In this document: positions 1-9,063 of the stretch, piece after piece
Layout of the letters: each line of letters starts with the position of its first letter
Numbering within the stretch: position 1 is the first letter of the stretch
From: an uncultured Gammaproteobacteria bacterium
Lineage (GTDB): Bacteria > Pseudomonadota > Gammaproteobacteria > UBA4575
NCBI GenBank assembly: GCA_943789445.1
Contig: CALSUC010000001.1
Span: forward strand, 97,912-161,911
DNA length: 64,000 bases
Reading direction: 5' to 3'
The notes under the pieces: generated by a model
The model's database searches: none
Told to the model about the DNA's origin: nothing
Seen by the model: only the letters and a program-made list of their open reading frames with translations
Made by a program: the position numbers and the translations under genes

Positions 1-349
1 GTATACCAAGACCCGTCTCGCCATCGCCTTACTGCTGCGTGACCCCAGTTTAGCCAGTAAGGCCTTAGATATTGAGCAGTTAAGCCAATTACTTGGCACA
101 CCTGGCATCGATCTATTGATAGAGATGCTTGAAATCCTCGAACAGCAGGCCGATTTAAGCGGCGTCAGCCTACTTGAGCGTTTCCGTGGCCGACCGGCCT
201 ACGAACACCTGATTAAGCTACTCGACTGGGATCCACCCGATATGACCAATCGAGAGGTCTCTTTCGTCGATACCATGCGCCAATTCGAAAAAGATATTAA
301 ACGAGCGCCCTTTGACGCCTTCATTCAGGACAACACACCAGAAATCTAA
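1..349 (+). CDS. dnaG: DNA primase, C-terminal part (5'-truncated by window edge)
   Basis: The frame of ORF 116..349 is open back to base 2 ([18 protein letters not shown]...[11 protein letters not shown]), resembling the DnaG C-terminal domain. It lies directly upstream of rpoD, the conserved dnaG-rpoD order. Confidence 0.8.
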   Translation, partial: YTKTRLAIALLLRDPSLASKALDIEQLSQLLGTPGIDLLIEMLEILEQQADLSGVSLLERFRGRPAYEHLIKLLDWDPPDMTNREVSFVDTMRQFEKDIKRAPFDAFIQDNTPEI

Positions 350-449
350 GGCTTTTAATGCCTTAGCAACAAAAGTAGCTGGCTTTTTACCACTAAAACC
401 GCTAACTTGGCCGGTTCGAATTTTCGATTTAACCTGCGATGAGATTGTT

Positions 450-2291
450 ATGGATACCGAGAAAAACCCACAAACGGTAAACCAGGAAGTTAGCCTTAAA
501 GACCTGATTGCTAAAGGAAAAGAGCAAGGCTATCTAACCTATGCCGAGGTTAATGATCATCTGCCTGATTCTATCGTCGATCCAGAACAGATCGAAGATG
601 TCATCAGCATGATTAATGACATGGGTATTGTCGTACACGAAGTAGCACCCGACGAGCAATCACTCCTGCTGTCCTCAGAAACCGCTGCCAATGACGAAGA
701 TCTTGCCGAAGAGGCCGCCGCTGCCCTAGCATCGGTCGACAGTGAGTTTGGTCGCACGACTGACCCTGTTCGCATGTATATGCGCGAAATGGGCACCGTC
801 AATCTACTCACGCGTGAAGGCGAAATCAAAATCGCGAAGCGCATTGAAGAAGGCCTAAGACAGGTCCTTCTAGCACTAGGTCATCTACCGCGTACGATTG
901 AAACTGTCTTACAACTCTATCTGCGCGTCGAAAACGAAGACATGCGTTTAACCGACCTAATCGCAGGCTTCATCGATCCAGACGCCGAAGACGAAATTGC
1001 ATCACCTACCATCGTCGGCCAAGAGCCAGCGAAGAAAGAAGGTGAGGAAGAAGATGATGAAGAGGAAGAAGAAGTAGACACTGGCCCAGATCCAGAAGAA
1101 GCCCGTCTACACTTTGAAACCTTGGCAGCACTCTATAAGGTGACGCAGTCAGCAGCGACTAAACGCAGCGCCAAAAAGACATTAGCAGCCACTGAAGAGC
1201 TTGCTGATTATTTCATGCGCCTGAAATTTACCGCCAAGGTTTTTGATGCACTCGTTGCCAGCCTACGCGCCACAGTAGATTCTATCCGCCTACATGAGCG
1301 TTTAATCATGACCCTATGCGTAGACTATGCGCGCATGCCAAAGAAAGAATTTGTTGAAAGCTTCCAGAAAAATGTTGCTGATCTAGAATGGATTGACGGA
1401 CTAGCCAAGAACAAAAAGGCCTATGCTGAAAACCTTCCAGAAATTCGAGCGGAAGTCGTCAAAGAACAGAAAAAACTTGCCCATATTGCGAAAGAATCAA
1501 AGCTTGAGATCTCTGACATCCGCGAGATCAACCGTCGCATGTCTATTGGTGAGGCACGAGCACGTCGCGCGAAAAAGGAAATGGTTGAAGCTAATCTACG
1601 TCTGGTTATTTCAATCGCAAAGAAATACACCAACCGTGGCCTACAATTCTTAGACCTAATCCAAGAAGGCAACATTGGTCTAATGAAGGCGGTCGATAAA
1701 TTTGAATACCGTCGAGGTTACAAATTCTCAACCTATGCGACTTGGTGGATTCGCCAAGCGATTACGCGTTCGATTGCGGACCAAGCCCGCACGATTCGTA
1801 TCCCAGTGCATATGATTGAGACTATTAATAAGCTGAATCGCATCTCGCGCCAAATGTTGCAAGAAATGGGACGCGATGCCACACCAGAAGAATTAGCTGA
1901 AAAAATGGAAATGCCGGAGGATAAAATCCGCAAGGTATTAAAGATTGCTAAAGAACCTATCTCCATGGAAACACCTATTGGTGATGACGAAGATTCGCAT
2001 CTAGGTGACTTCATCGAAGATGCCAATATCGAATCACCAGTTGAGGCAGCAGCAGGCGTTGGCCTGAGTGATGCAACTCGCGAAATCTTAGCTTCCCTCA
2101 CACCGCGCGAAGCTAAAGTCCTACGTATGCGTTTTGGTATCGACATGAATACCGATCACACACTAGAAGAAGTCGGCAAACAATTTGATGTCACCCGTGA
2201 ACGTATTCGTCAAATTGAAGCCAAAGCATTACGTAAACTAAGGCACCCAACCCGTTCTGAGCAACTCCGTAGTTTCTTAGAAGGCGAATAA
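450..2291 (+). CDS. rpoD: RNA polymerase sigma-70 factor RpoD
   Basis: Region 1.1 ([17 protein letters not shown]), [14 protein letters not shown], region 2 ([13 protein letters not shown]...[16 protein letters not shown]), region 4 ([20 protein letters not shown]). ATG at 450 is preferred over the ORF-track TTG at 312. Confidence 0.98.
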   Translation: MDTEKNPQTVNQEVSLKDLIAKGKEQGYLTYAEVNDHLPDSIVDPEQIEDVISMINDMGIVVHEVAPDEQSLLLSSETAANDEDLAEEAAAALASVDSEFGRTTDPVRMYMREMGTVNLLTREGEIKIAKRIEEGLRQVLLALGHLPRTIETVLQLYLRVENEDMRLTDLIAGFIDPDAEDEIASPTIVGQEPAKKEGEEEDDEEEEEVDTGPDPEEARLHFETLAALYKVTQSAATKRSAKKTLAATEELADYFMRLKFTAKVFDALVASLRATVDSIRLHERLIMTLCVDYARMPKKEFVESFQKNVADLEWIDGLAKNKKAYAENLPEIRAEVVKEQKKLAHIAKESKLEISDIREINRRMSIGEARARRAKKEMVEANLRLVISIAKKYTNRGLQFLDLIQEGNIGLMKAVDKFEYRRGYKFSTYATWWIRQAITRSIADQARTIRIPVHMIETINKLNRISRQMLQEMGRDATPEELAEKMEMPEDKIRKVLKIAKEPISMETPIGDDEDSHLGDFIEDANIESPVEAAAGVGLSDATREILASLTPREAKVLRMRFGIDMNTDHTLEEVGKQFDVTRERIRQIEAKALRKLRHPTRSEQLRSFLEGE

Positions 2292-2311
2292 GTCTTAGGT
2301 ATAGCAGTGCC

Positions 2312-2345
2312 GATCAGGGTGAGGGTATACGCCCTCACCCTGATC
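2312..2345 (+). terminator. Perfect 14-bp-stem hairpin after rpoD
   Basis: gatcagggtgaggg-tatacg-ccctcaccctgatc. There is no U-tract, so the terminator role is uncertain. Confidence 0.5.
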
Positions 2346-2416
2346 AATAATTAGGCCGTGTAATCAGTGCGTATACGCCATACCAAACAGATTATTTCGC
2401 CTATAATCCAGACAGC

Positions 2417-2493
2417 GGGCCCATAGCTCAGTTGGTTAGAGCAGGGGACTCATAATCCCTTTGTCGTAGGTTCGAGTCCTACTGGGCCCACCA
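2417..2493 (+). tRNA. tRNA with CAT anticodon, most likely tRNA-Ile2 (lysidine-modified)
   Basis: Cloverleaf: acceptor GGGCCCA/TGGGCCC, D arm GCTCAGTTGGTTAGAGC, anticodon arm GGGGA-CTCATAA-TCCCT, T arm GTAGG-TTCGAGT-CCTAC, encoded CCA. TATAAT at 2402-2407. The position after rpoD matches E. coli ileX. Confidence 0.93.
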
Positions 2494-2510
2494 CTATTCT
2501 CATCAATCCC
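2439..2510 (+). repeat. Left attachment site (72-bp direct repeat)
   Basis: gagcagggga...cccaccactattctcatcaatccc is identical to 7807-7878. It covers the 3' 55 nt of the tRNA plus 17 nt beyond CCA. Confidence 0.95.
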
Positions 2511-2568
2511 TTTCTATCGCCCTGATTAGCTTAAGTTTTTAACTTAATGCTATGAGGTACGGTAGACA

Positions 2569-3716
2569 ATGCGGAAGACAAACAATAATCCAAGTTACAC
2601 TTTCACAAAGCGTGGCATCTATTACTTCACACGGCTAGTTCCATTTGATGTTCAGCATCATTACAAGCAGCGTAGAATAATACAGTCTCTAAGAACGCGT
2701 TCGACCAAAGATGCCGCTAAGACCGCACGTATGCTTTCACTACGCTTAGAAACTTACTGGCATGAGCTACGATTAGAGCAGCAGGAGATACCGTTTAGCT
2801 TTTTACTAAACAATAATCCCAAACAAATCACACTAGTTGATGCACTAGAACTCTATCTTGAAATAAAAGCAAAAGGCCGTAGTAAACTATTTTTTGAGCA
2901 TTCTAGACGCTATGTCGACTACTTGGTCCAAACGTCTAGCAACAAAGAACTCAAGCATTACACCTCAATAGACGCCACACATTATCGGCAATGGTTGCAA
3001 GATAAGGGTTTAGCTAACGCATCAGTCCACAAGGCCTTCGCCTGTATCAAAGCAATCTTTACTCTAGCCATCAAAGAGCAGGGGCTGACTATGCAAAATC
3101 CATTTAGCAATATTTATCTACCAAGCGAGAAGGACGATGCGAAGAAGCGACTGCCAATAGCTATAGCCGATATAAGACTTATTCAGAGCCACTGTAAGGC
3201 CGTAGACGATGACATGCGATGGCTTGTAGCACTTATCTAGTGACACTGGCATGAGGCTGTCAGAAGCCGCTGGATTGATGCTGGATGACCTGCGCTTAGA
3301 CGAAGAAGTACCGCGTATCATTATTCGGCCACATAAACACAGACCACTTAAAACTAGAAGCAGTGAACGCATAGTGCCTTTGGTGGGTGCATCACTCTGG
3401 GCGGCTCAGCAAATTAAACAGAACGCACAAGGAAGTGACTACTGCTTTCCTCGTTACACTAATAATGAAAGAACCAATGCAAATCAGTGCAAGTGCAGCT
3501 TTGAATAAATGGCTTAAGTCAGTGACTGGGAATAATGACTACGTGCTGCATGGTCTACGACATAGCTTTAGAGACAGGCTACGTGCAGTAGATGCACCTA
3601 TTGAGATGATTGATAGGCTGGGTGGTTGGAGTTTAAAGACTGTTGGGCAAGGTTATGGTGATGGGTATCAGCTAGAGCAGATGCATCTTACGATGAAGAT
3701 ATTATGCGCTGAGTAG
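2569..3716 (+). pseudogene. Tyrosine recombinase/integrase (DUF6538-like N-terminus), broken by two +1 frameshifts as written
   Basis: ORFs 2569..3240, 3251..3508 and 3387..3716 join into 381 aa if one base is removed at ~3238 and one at ~3485. Catalytic motifs: SDTGMRLSE (R), LKTRSSER (K), HGLRHSF (HxxR), LGGW...GYG (W, Y). The gene may be intact in vivo (see findings). Confidence 0.88.
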
Positions 3717-3862
3717 TTGTTCGTATAATCATTCTTCAAACTAATACGACAGCCATGATTAAAGTAGCTTTAGTTTACTAAGATAAAGTCAAGTATAAAT
3801 AACCTGAAATCTATTTTATCTGTAAGATAGTGTGCATAAATAATCACCACAAGCACTGATAG

Positions 3863-4135
3863 ATGTTCCAAGCAAACTCATTAGGGCGTACCGAGTGGGC
3901 GCATCGGTTTGATAGCAAAGGAGCCTCAGTCAGTGGTAGTGCCAACATACTCAATGCCGTCAACATGCCTTTTAACATCAAGGGCAATGATGTCGAGCAA
4001 GACTGGGTACGTGTGGCTGCCGAGGTCGTACATCGCTTCAGCCGTAGTAACAGACTATCGCTATCAACGACTGCTGCTAGTGTAGGCGAAGACGCTGACT
4101 TTAGTGTTGGTGCAAACTGGACTATGTTGTTCTAA
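3863..4135 (+). pseudogene. C-terminal fragment of an autotransporter-type beta-barrel
   Basis: Alternating-polarity strands (EWAHRF, DWVRVAAEVVHRF, LSLSTT, FSVGANWTMLF) ending in Phe. No signal peptide and only 90 aa. Confidence 0.55.
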
Positions 4136-4217
4136 GCGCTTAGCCAGTTTTAATTGATGACTGATGATAAAGGTTATGCACTGCATGGTTAAGCTACAAC
4201 TTGGAATAATAGGTAGA

Positions 4218-6353
4218 ATGAAGCTATTAGTACATGTATTCCTGTTGTTTGTCATTACACAAGCTCCTGCAAATGAAAAGAACATCCTTCCAGATTTAGG
4301 TGGTGCCCCTGCAGCCAATACAGCCTCGGTACAACCGAACATCAACGGTCAAGGTGCAGGGTTTAACTACCTTGACACTATTGATGGCAAGCTAATCAAC
4401 ATTAACTCGCAATACACTAAGAAAAATGGAGTCGCCGTAGGCTGTAGTCTCGCAAGTACACTTTCCAAAAACATAGCGGCCGGCATCTTACTGACTGCGG
4501 GCTCAGATAAAAACGAATGGTTACTAAATGCTGGCTTTGACTTAAGTCATAAGCAGCGCTTCATCTTTTCCCTTGGTCAACTTCGTCAGAAGCTAGACTT
4601 TAACTTCATCTCTGGTAGACAAAAAACTTCAGTTAAGCAAGATAATATCGCAGCCAGCTACCAATATCTCTTAGGTAAAGACTGGCTCAATGCTGCCGAG
4701 GTGAATGCTTATCTCAGCAATACAGGCAGCATTACGTTAGGTGATAAAACCTACTTTATTGATACGTCGTCGTTGTACGAATTATGGAATGACCCAAGAA
4801 GGATTGTGGGTGGCCGTGTTACGGGAATGCAGGCTAGATTAGCGCTTACTCCAACATCAAAAACAAATATTAAAGTGGGCTTAGGGATAGAGCGTCTGAC
4901 TTATAATTATTCAACGGGTGATGAGTCAACGAATCGTGCCACGGGGAGTGCAGAGTTAATGCATCACTTAGCTAATGGCTTTAACTTCCGAGCGTCTATT
5001 AATGCAGCATCGTCACAGAATCGTTACGCTTTAGGCTTAGATAGAACCTTTAAAGATGGGGCGCAACTCAGTATCGATGTTGCCAGAATAGAGGGGCGAG
5101 ATAACACCTTCGATGACACTCAACTGTTACTTAGCTACACTAAAGGCTTTGGTGCTGGTCAGGAAGGCAGGCAGGCAGGCATGGGAATAGGACTCAATAG
5201 CGACACCCCAATGGAACCAGCATCACTCAGTACAGCATTAGACAATGCAGCAACGTCTAATCAAGCCATTAATACATGGAGCACTAGATTAGTTAACCAA
5301 GTATCACAGCGTCCTAGCTTCTTACCCTCACAAGTGGTAGCTAAGATTGATACTACAGCGACGCCAACACGTCTAATTGTGATTAACAAGTTAGCTATTC
5401 CAGCAGAAAGTACTATTGATAATGCTACGGGTGTAATTACCTCCCCAACAGGAACTGCTGTTAGTGGCATAGCTGATGTGACTAAAAATACGTTAGCCTT
5501 CGTTAACTCTGGGCAGTTTACACTTTCTGGTAATGACGCTTTAGTGATTAAGCCCAGTTTGATTACCCAGCCGGTAGTTGGTGTAATTGATACTTACGTA
5601 GTCACGATGAACAACAGCGCTGGTGGTGGAACAACGTTAGCCACAGTGAAGGTGTCGCACAGCTCTACGAGTATCGATAGCATTGAGATAGCAACAGGAA
5701 TAATAGTAATTAACACTGCGGCTATCGCTGGCGTAACCTCACCAGAGTTAGGTGCGACGCCTGTGACAACTGTAAGTGGCACGGGTTATACCGGCACGGT
5801 TACATGGAGTGGCAGCCCAAGTACGTTTGCTGCTTCAACCGTTTATACCGCGACAGTAACATTAACAGCTGCGAGTGGTTATACCTTGACAGGCGTTGCC
5901 GCTAACTACTTTACAGTGAACGGTGCTACTGCCACTAATGCAGTCAATTCAGGCGTAGTGAGTGCGGTATTCCCTGCAACCTTAACTCCAGTATCAAGTT
6001 CGGCATATGCTGAAGGATACCGGTTTATAAACGGTCTTACCTGGTCTCCTAATAACGATACTCACCAAGCACCACACTACACAACCTACGCCAATGGCAA
6101 AATAACCTGTGATAATATGAGCATAGCCAATACCTTGGGCAGTAATACGTGGAGAGTTCCAACACCAAATGAACTTTTAGCGCTTTTTAGTGGCGGTACT
6201 AGTACGCTTACCAGCCCTAAATGGTTATTAGGTAACACTCTTGGTCGCGAAGCAGGGTCTGTCGCAGCCGAATCCTACTACCTAGACCTGAGTACTGGGG
6301 TTGGCAATTCGTTAAAGGCTCATCAGAATGCACTTATAACCTGTGTTTACTAA
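4218..6353 (+). CDS. Putative outer-membrane adhesin with inverse-autotransporter (invasin/intimin)-like architecture
   Basis: Signal-like MKLLVHVFLLFVITQAPA (ATG 4218, in frame with ORF 4164), ~300 aa of amphipathic beta-strands, a Thr/Val/Ala-rich Ig-like stalk, and a C-terminal GLTW...C...WRVPTPNELLAL...CVY lectin-like domain. Confidence 0.65.
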   Translation: MKLLVHVFLLFVITQAPANEKNILPDLGGAPAANTASVQPNINGQGAGFNYLDTIDGKLININSQYTKKNGVAVGCSLASTLSKNIAAGILLTAGSDKNEWLLNAGFDLSHKQRFIFSLGQLRQKLDFNFISGRQKTSVKQDNIAASYQYLLGKDWLNAAEVNAYLSNTGSITLGDKTYFIDTSSLYELWNDPRRIVGGRVTGMQARLALTPTSKTNIKVGLGIERLTYNYSTGDESTNRATGSAELMHHLANGFNFRASINAASSQNRYALGLDRTFKDGAQLSIDVARIEGRDNTFDDTQLLLSYTKGFGAGQEGRQAGMGIGLNSDTPMEPASLSTALDNAATSNQAINTWSTRLVNQVSQRPSFLPSQVVAKIDTTATPTRLIVINKLAIPAESTIDNATGVITSPTGTAVSGIADVTKNTLAFVNSGQFTLSGNDALVIKPSLITQPVVGVIDTYVVTMNNSAGGGTTLATVKVSHSSTSIDSIEIATGIIVINTAAIAGVTSPELGATPVTTVSGTGYTGTVTWSGSPSTFAASTVYTATVTLTAASGYTLTGVAANYFTVNGATATNAVNSGVVSAVFPATLTPVSSSAYAEGYRFINGLTWSPNNDTHQAPHYTTYANGKITCDNMSIANTLGSNTWRVPTPNELLALFSGGTSTLTSPKWLLGNTLGREAGSVAAESYYLDLSTGVGNSLKAHQNALITCVY

Positions 6354-6735
6354 AGACATGTGATTAAGAGGCGCGATTATGAAAATAATGAGTAAAGCTA
6401 TAAGCCTTTAGTTTTTTTAAAATCAGTTAGTGTATGTATCCACTCAGCACCCAACCCTACTAAGCCACTGATATATTTCCTACATTTATCGGCTATTTCT
6501 GTTTCTCTAAATCCCACTATAAGTCCTCTAAAAACACTACATTAACAATTATCAATATAGCTACTCCTGTGTCCATTAACATAGAGAATAAATAGCCAAT
6601 CAGTAGCTAAGGCCGATAGAACTGATAACTCGTTGTTTTTGGAATATGGTTGTAGCATTTGAGGCTTGTAACCTAAACGTGTTAACTTTTAGTAAAGAAT
6701 TTAAGAATTGAATCTAAATTTGGGATGGTATTGAA

Positions 6736-7233
6736 TTGAAACTAGATAGAACAACAAGAATACTGCTGATTGCTATTGCATTAGGTATTACTTTTTTACT
6801 GGCGGTTGTGGGGGGGATAACCCTAATGGGAAAAAATACCACCACGCTTGAATTATATAATGCTCCTCCCTCTATATCCTCACATATAATTGATGCAGAA
6901 AAAGATATGCTCTATGTCTGGCATGCAACCTTTCACGATGAAGCAAGCTTATCCTTGCCATCGCTAGGCGAGGTCATGGGGTCAATGATGGTCATCAAAT
7001 CAGGGAGTGAACAAGAACGATTTACTAATCTTGAATTTGATTGGAAAGATTCAAATGATTCCATTGTTATTTCAAGTATTCATTCGTATCCAGTTAATGC
7101 TATAGAGACAGCCACCCCCATACATCGTGCCATTATAGGAGGAACAGGTAAATATGTTGGTGCTAAAGGCGAGATTATAAGTAATAGACAAGAAGATGGT
7201 TGGTATCATCACAAAATTATTCTTGTTAAGTAG
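6736..7233 (+). CDS. Membrane-anchored/exported protein with dirigent / allene-oxide-cyclase-like barrel motif
   Basis: N-terminal hydrophobic helix and AIIGGTGKYVGAKGEI near the C-terminus. Confidence 0.5.
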   Translation: MKLDRTTRILLIAIALGITFLLAVVGGITLMGKNTTTLELYNAPPSISSHIIDAEKDMLYVWHATFHDEASLSLPSLGEVMGSMMVIKSGSEQERFTNLEFDWKDSNDSIVISSIHSYPVNAIETATPIHRAIIGGTGKYVGAKGEIISNRQEDGWYHHKIILVK

Positions 7234-7356
7234 CCTTGTAAAAAAATTAACTTCCACCATTACAATCTACTAGATATTTGAGTAGTGCTTACCATTTACC
7301 GTTCATCAATCTAACTACTGCTCTTCTTGTAGTCGGGGTTAGTTAGTGCCAAGTAA

Positions 7357-7563
7357 TATATTGAGTTAGTAGAAGGAACAGCGGCAATACCCTATGGGAA
7401 GAACTCCTCTAGAACAAAGTATCCAGCAACTACCATGACTAGTATGGGTATAGGGGCATGTAAGGAAAATGGTGAAGAAGGTAGCTTCGGTTCTATTTAT
7501 GCCAAGTGGTCATTTGGCGATGGTACGAAAGAAAAGCAGGTGGAAATTAAGCTAGGCGATTAG
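7357..7563 (+). pseudogene. Possible gene remnant (open frame with no good start)
   Basis: 68 stop-free codons (YIELVEGTAAIPYGK...YAKWSFGDGTKEKQVEIKLGD*) directly after a TAA. Not in the ORF track. Confidence 0.25.
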
Positions 7564-7806
7564 ATTTTGGTCTTTTTTTCAAAATGGCCTATTTTGTATC
7601 TGGCTGGGTACTATATAAATACCAGTGCATTAATACCCTCCCCCGCCCCTCTATTACTTTACCAATCCACTAAATACGGTATACAAAACGGTAGACCATT
7701 TAGTGGCTAGACAGACGAATAAGGTTATGGAAGAATTGTAACTTCATTGCTAATCAGCAACGTTAGAAGAAAATTAGTTGGTACTTAGCAGCTCTGCTGC
7801 GTGTAT

Positions 7807-7878
7807 GAGCAGGGGACTCATAATCCCTTTGTCGTAGGTTCGAGTCCTACTGGGCCCACCACTATTCTCATCAATCCC
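7807..7878 (+). repeat. Right attachment site (displaced tRNA 3' fragment)
   Basis: Exact copy of 2439-2510. It lacks the tRNA 5' acceptor strand. Confidence 0.95.
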
Positions 7879-8016
7879 AAAAAGGGCATCCACAGCACTA
7901 CGCATCACCCTTGCTCACAAGGCTTGTCTAATTCCTGATTTATTTAATACGCTGCAACAATTAGCGATGGCGATACAGCGACGATAGCTGCAAAGAAAGG
8001 AAACTATATTGAAATT

Positions 8017-8053
8017 AAAGGGCCCCAGGCAGTTCATGCCTAGGGGCCTTTTT
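8017..8053. terminator. Rho-independent terminator (probably bidirectional) downstream of ahpC
   Basis: aaagggccccaggc-agttcat-gcctaggggccttttt, a GC-rich hairpin with A and T flanks. Confidence 0.65.
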
Positions 8054-8064
8054 GTTACTAGGTC

Positions 8065-8664
8065 TTATAGTGACTCAGCATTATTTGCTAGGTAGTCAGC
8101 AACACCTTCTGAAGTCGGCTTCATACCGGCATCACCTTTCTGCCAGCCAGCTGGACATACTTCGCCATTCTCTTCATGGAACTGAAGCGCGTCGACTAAA
8201 CGCAGCATCTCATCCACGTTACGACCCAATGGTAAGTTATTCACTACGGCATGTTGGACTATGCCTTCTTTGTCGATCAGGAATGAACCACGTAACGCAA
8301 CACCTGCTTCGTGCTCAATACCATAACTTTTCACAATCGCGTGGTTTGTATCGGCGACTAATGGAAAACCAATCGGACCAATTCCACCTTGATTTACCGG
8401 TGTATTACGCCATGCAAAATGAGTGAACTGAGAATCAATCGATACACCAATCAGCTCAACACCACATGCCGCGAAATCTGCAACACGCTTGTCGTGTGCA
8501 ATGATTTCAGAAGGACATACAAAAGTAAAATCTAAAGGGTAGAAAAATAAAACCACATACTTTCCCTTATAGCTGCTCAGTGAAAAGTCTTCTTTAATTT
8601 CACCATTTGCCATAACGGCAGCTGCAGTGAAGTCTGGGGCTGGGGTATTTACTAATGTCGACAT
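8065..8664 (-). CDS. ahpC: 2-Cys peroxiredoxin (AhpC/TsaA family)
   Basis: FFYPLDFTFVCPSE, LPLGRNVDEMLR and GEVCPAGW motifs. Confidence 0.95.
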   Translation of the reverse strand: MSTLVNTPAPDFTAAAVMANGEIKEDFSLSSYKGKYVVLFFYPLDFTFVCPSEIIAHDKRVADFAACGVELIGVSIDSQFTHFAWRNTPVNQGGIGPIGFPLVADTNHAIVKSYGIEHEAGVALRGSFLIDKEGIVQHAVVNNLPLGRNVDEMLRLVDALQFHEENGEVCPAGWQKGDAGMKPTSEGVADYLANNAESL

Positions 8665-9063
8665 AATTATTCCATTATCTATGTGGGGTTAAATTTAAGT
8701 TTTATTGTATTACTTCAAATGCCGGAGCATGACTCACACGAACCTGCTACGTGATCATATTGAAATTGCAGTAAGGCGCTAATTGAACGCATCCTTACGT
8801 TTGATCGCTTTTAACTTCCGTAATTTTAATCACGTAGTCGTTTAGTTGCTGCATTGAGATATAAATATACCTTATGAATAAATATTGAGGCAAGCGGCCC
8901 AGCTGCCAAAGACTATCCATTTAGGCATGTATAGCTCAATATTGAATCAATCATTTCGACTCAAGCCATGCAAAAAGCTATCCAATGCTCTTTAGGCTGT
9001 AACTCAGGCAACCCTTTGAATCAAATCAACAAGGCTACCTGTCGTTATTCTCATACGAACGTT

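Larger units (their letters stand above)
2439..7878. mobile_element. tRNA-integrated genomic island (~5.4 kb)
   Basis: Exact 72-bp terminal direct repeats, an integrase next to the tRNA, AT-rich intergenic DNA and non-housekeeping cargo. Confidence 0.92.

Noticed and set aside
312-449. N-terminal extension of RpoD in the ORF track
   Set aside because: It starts at a TTG overlapping dnaG and has no sigma-like sequence. ATG 450 gives a normal-length RpoD.
3231-3490. Programmed ribosomal frameshifting in the integrase
   Set aside because: No slippery heptamer or stimulatory structure at either site, and two separate shifts would be needed.
7785-7878. Second tRNA gene
   Set aside because: Only the 3' 55 nt match. 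The upstream sequence cannot form the acceptor or D stems, so this is the att fragment.
8665-9063. OxyR box or sRNA upstream of ahpC
   Set aside because: AT-rich with short palindromes (tcaatattga), but no convincing ATAG-N7-CTAT periodic motif or terminator-bounded unit.
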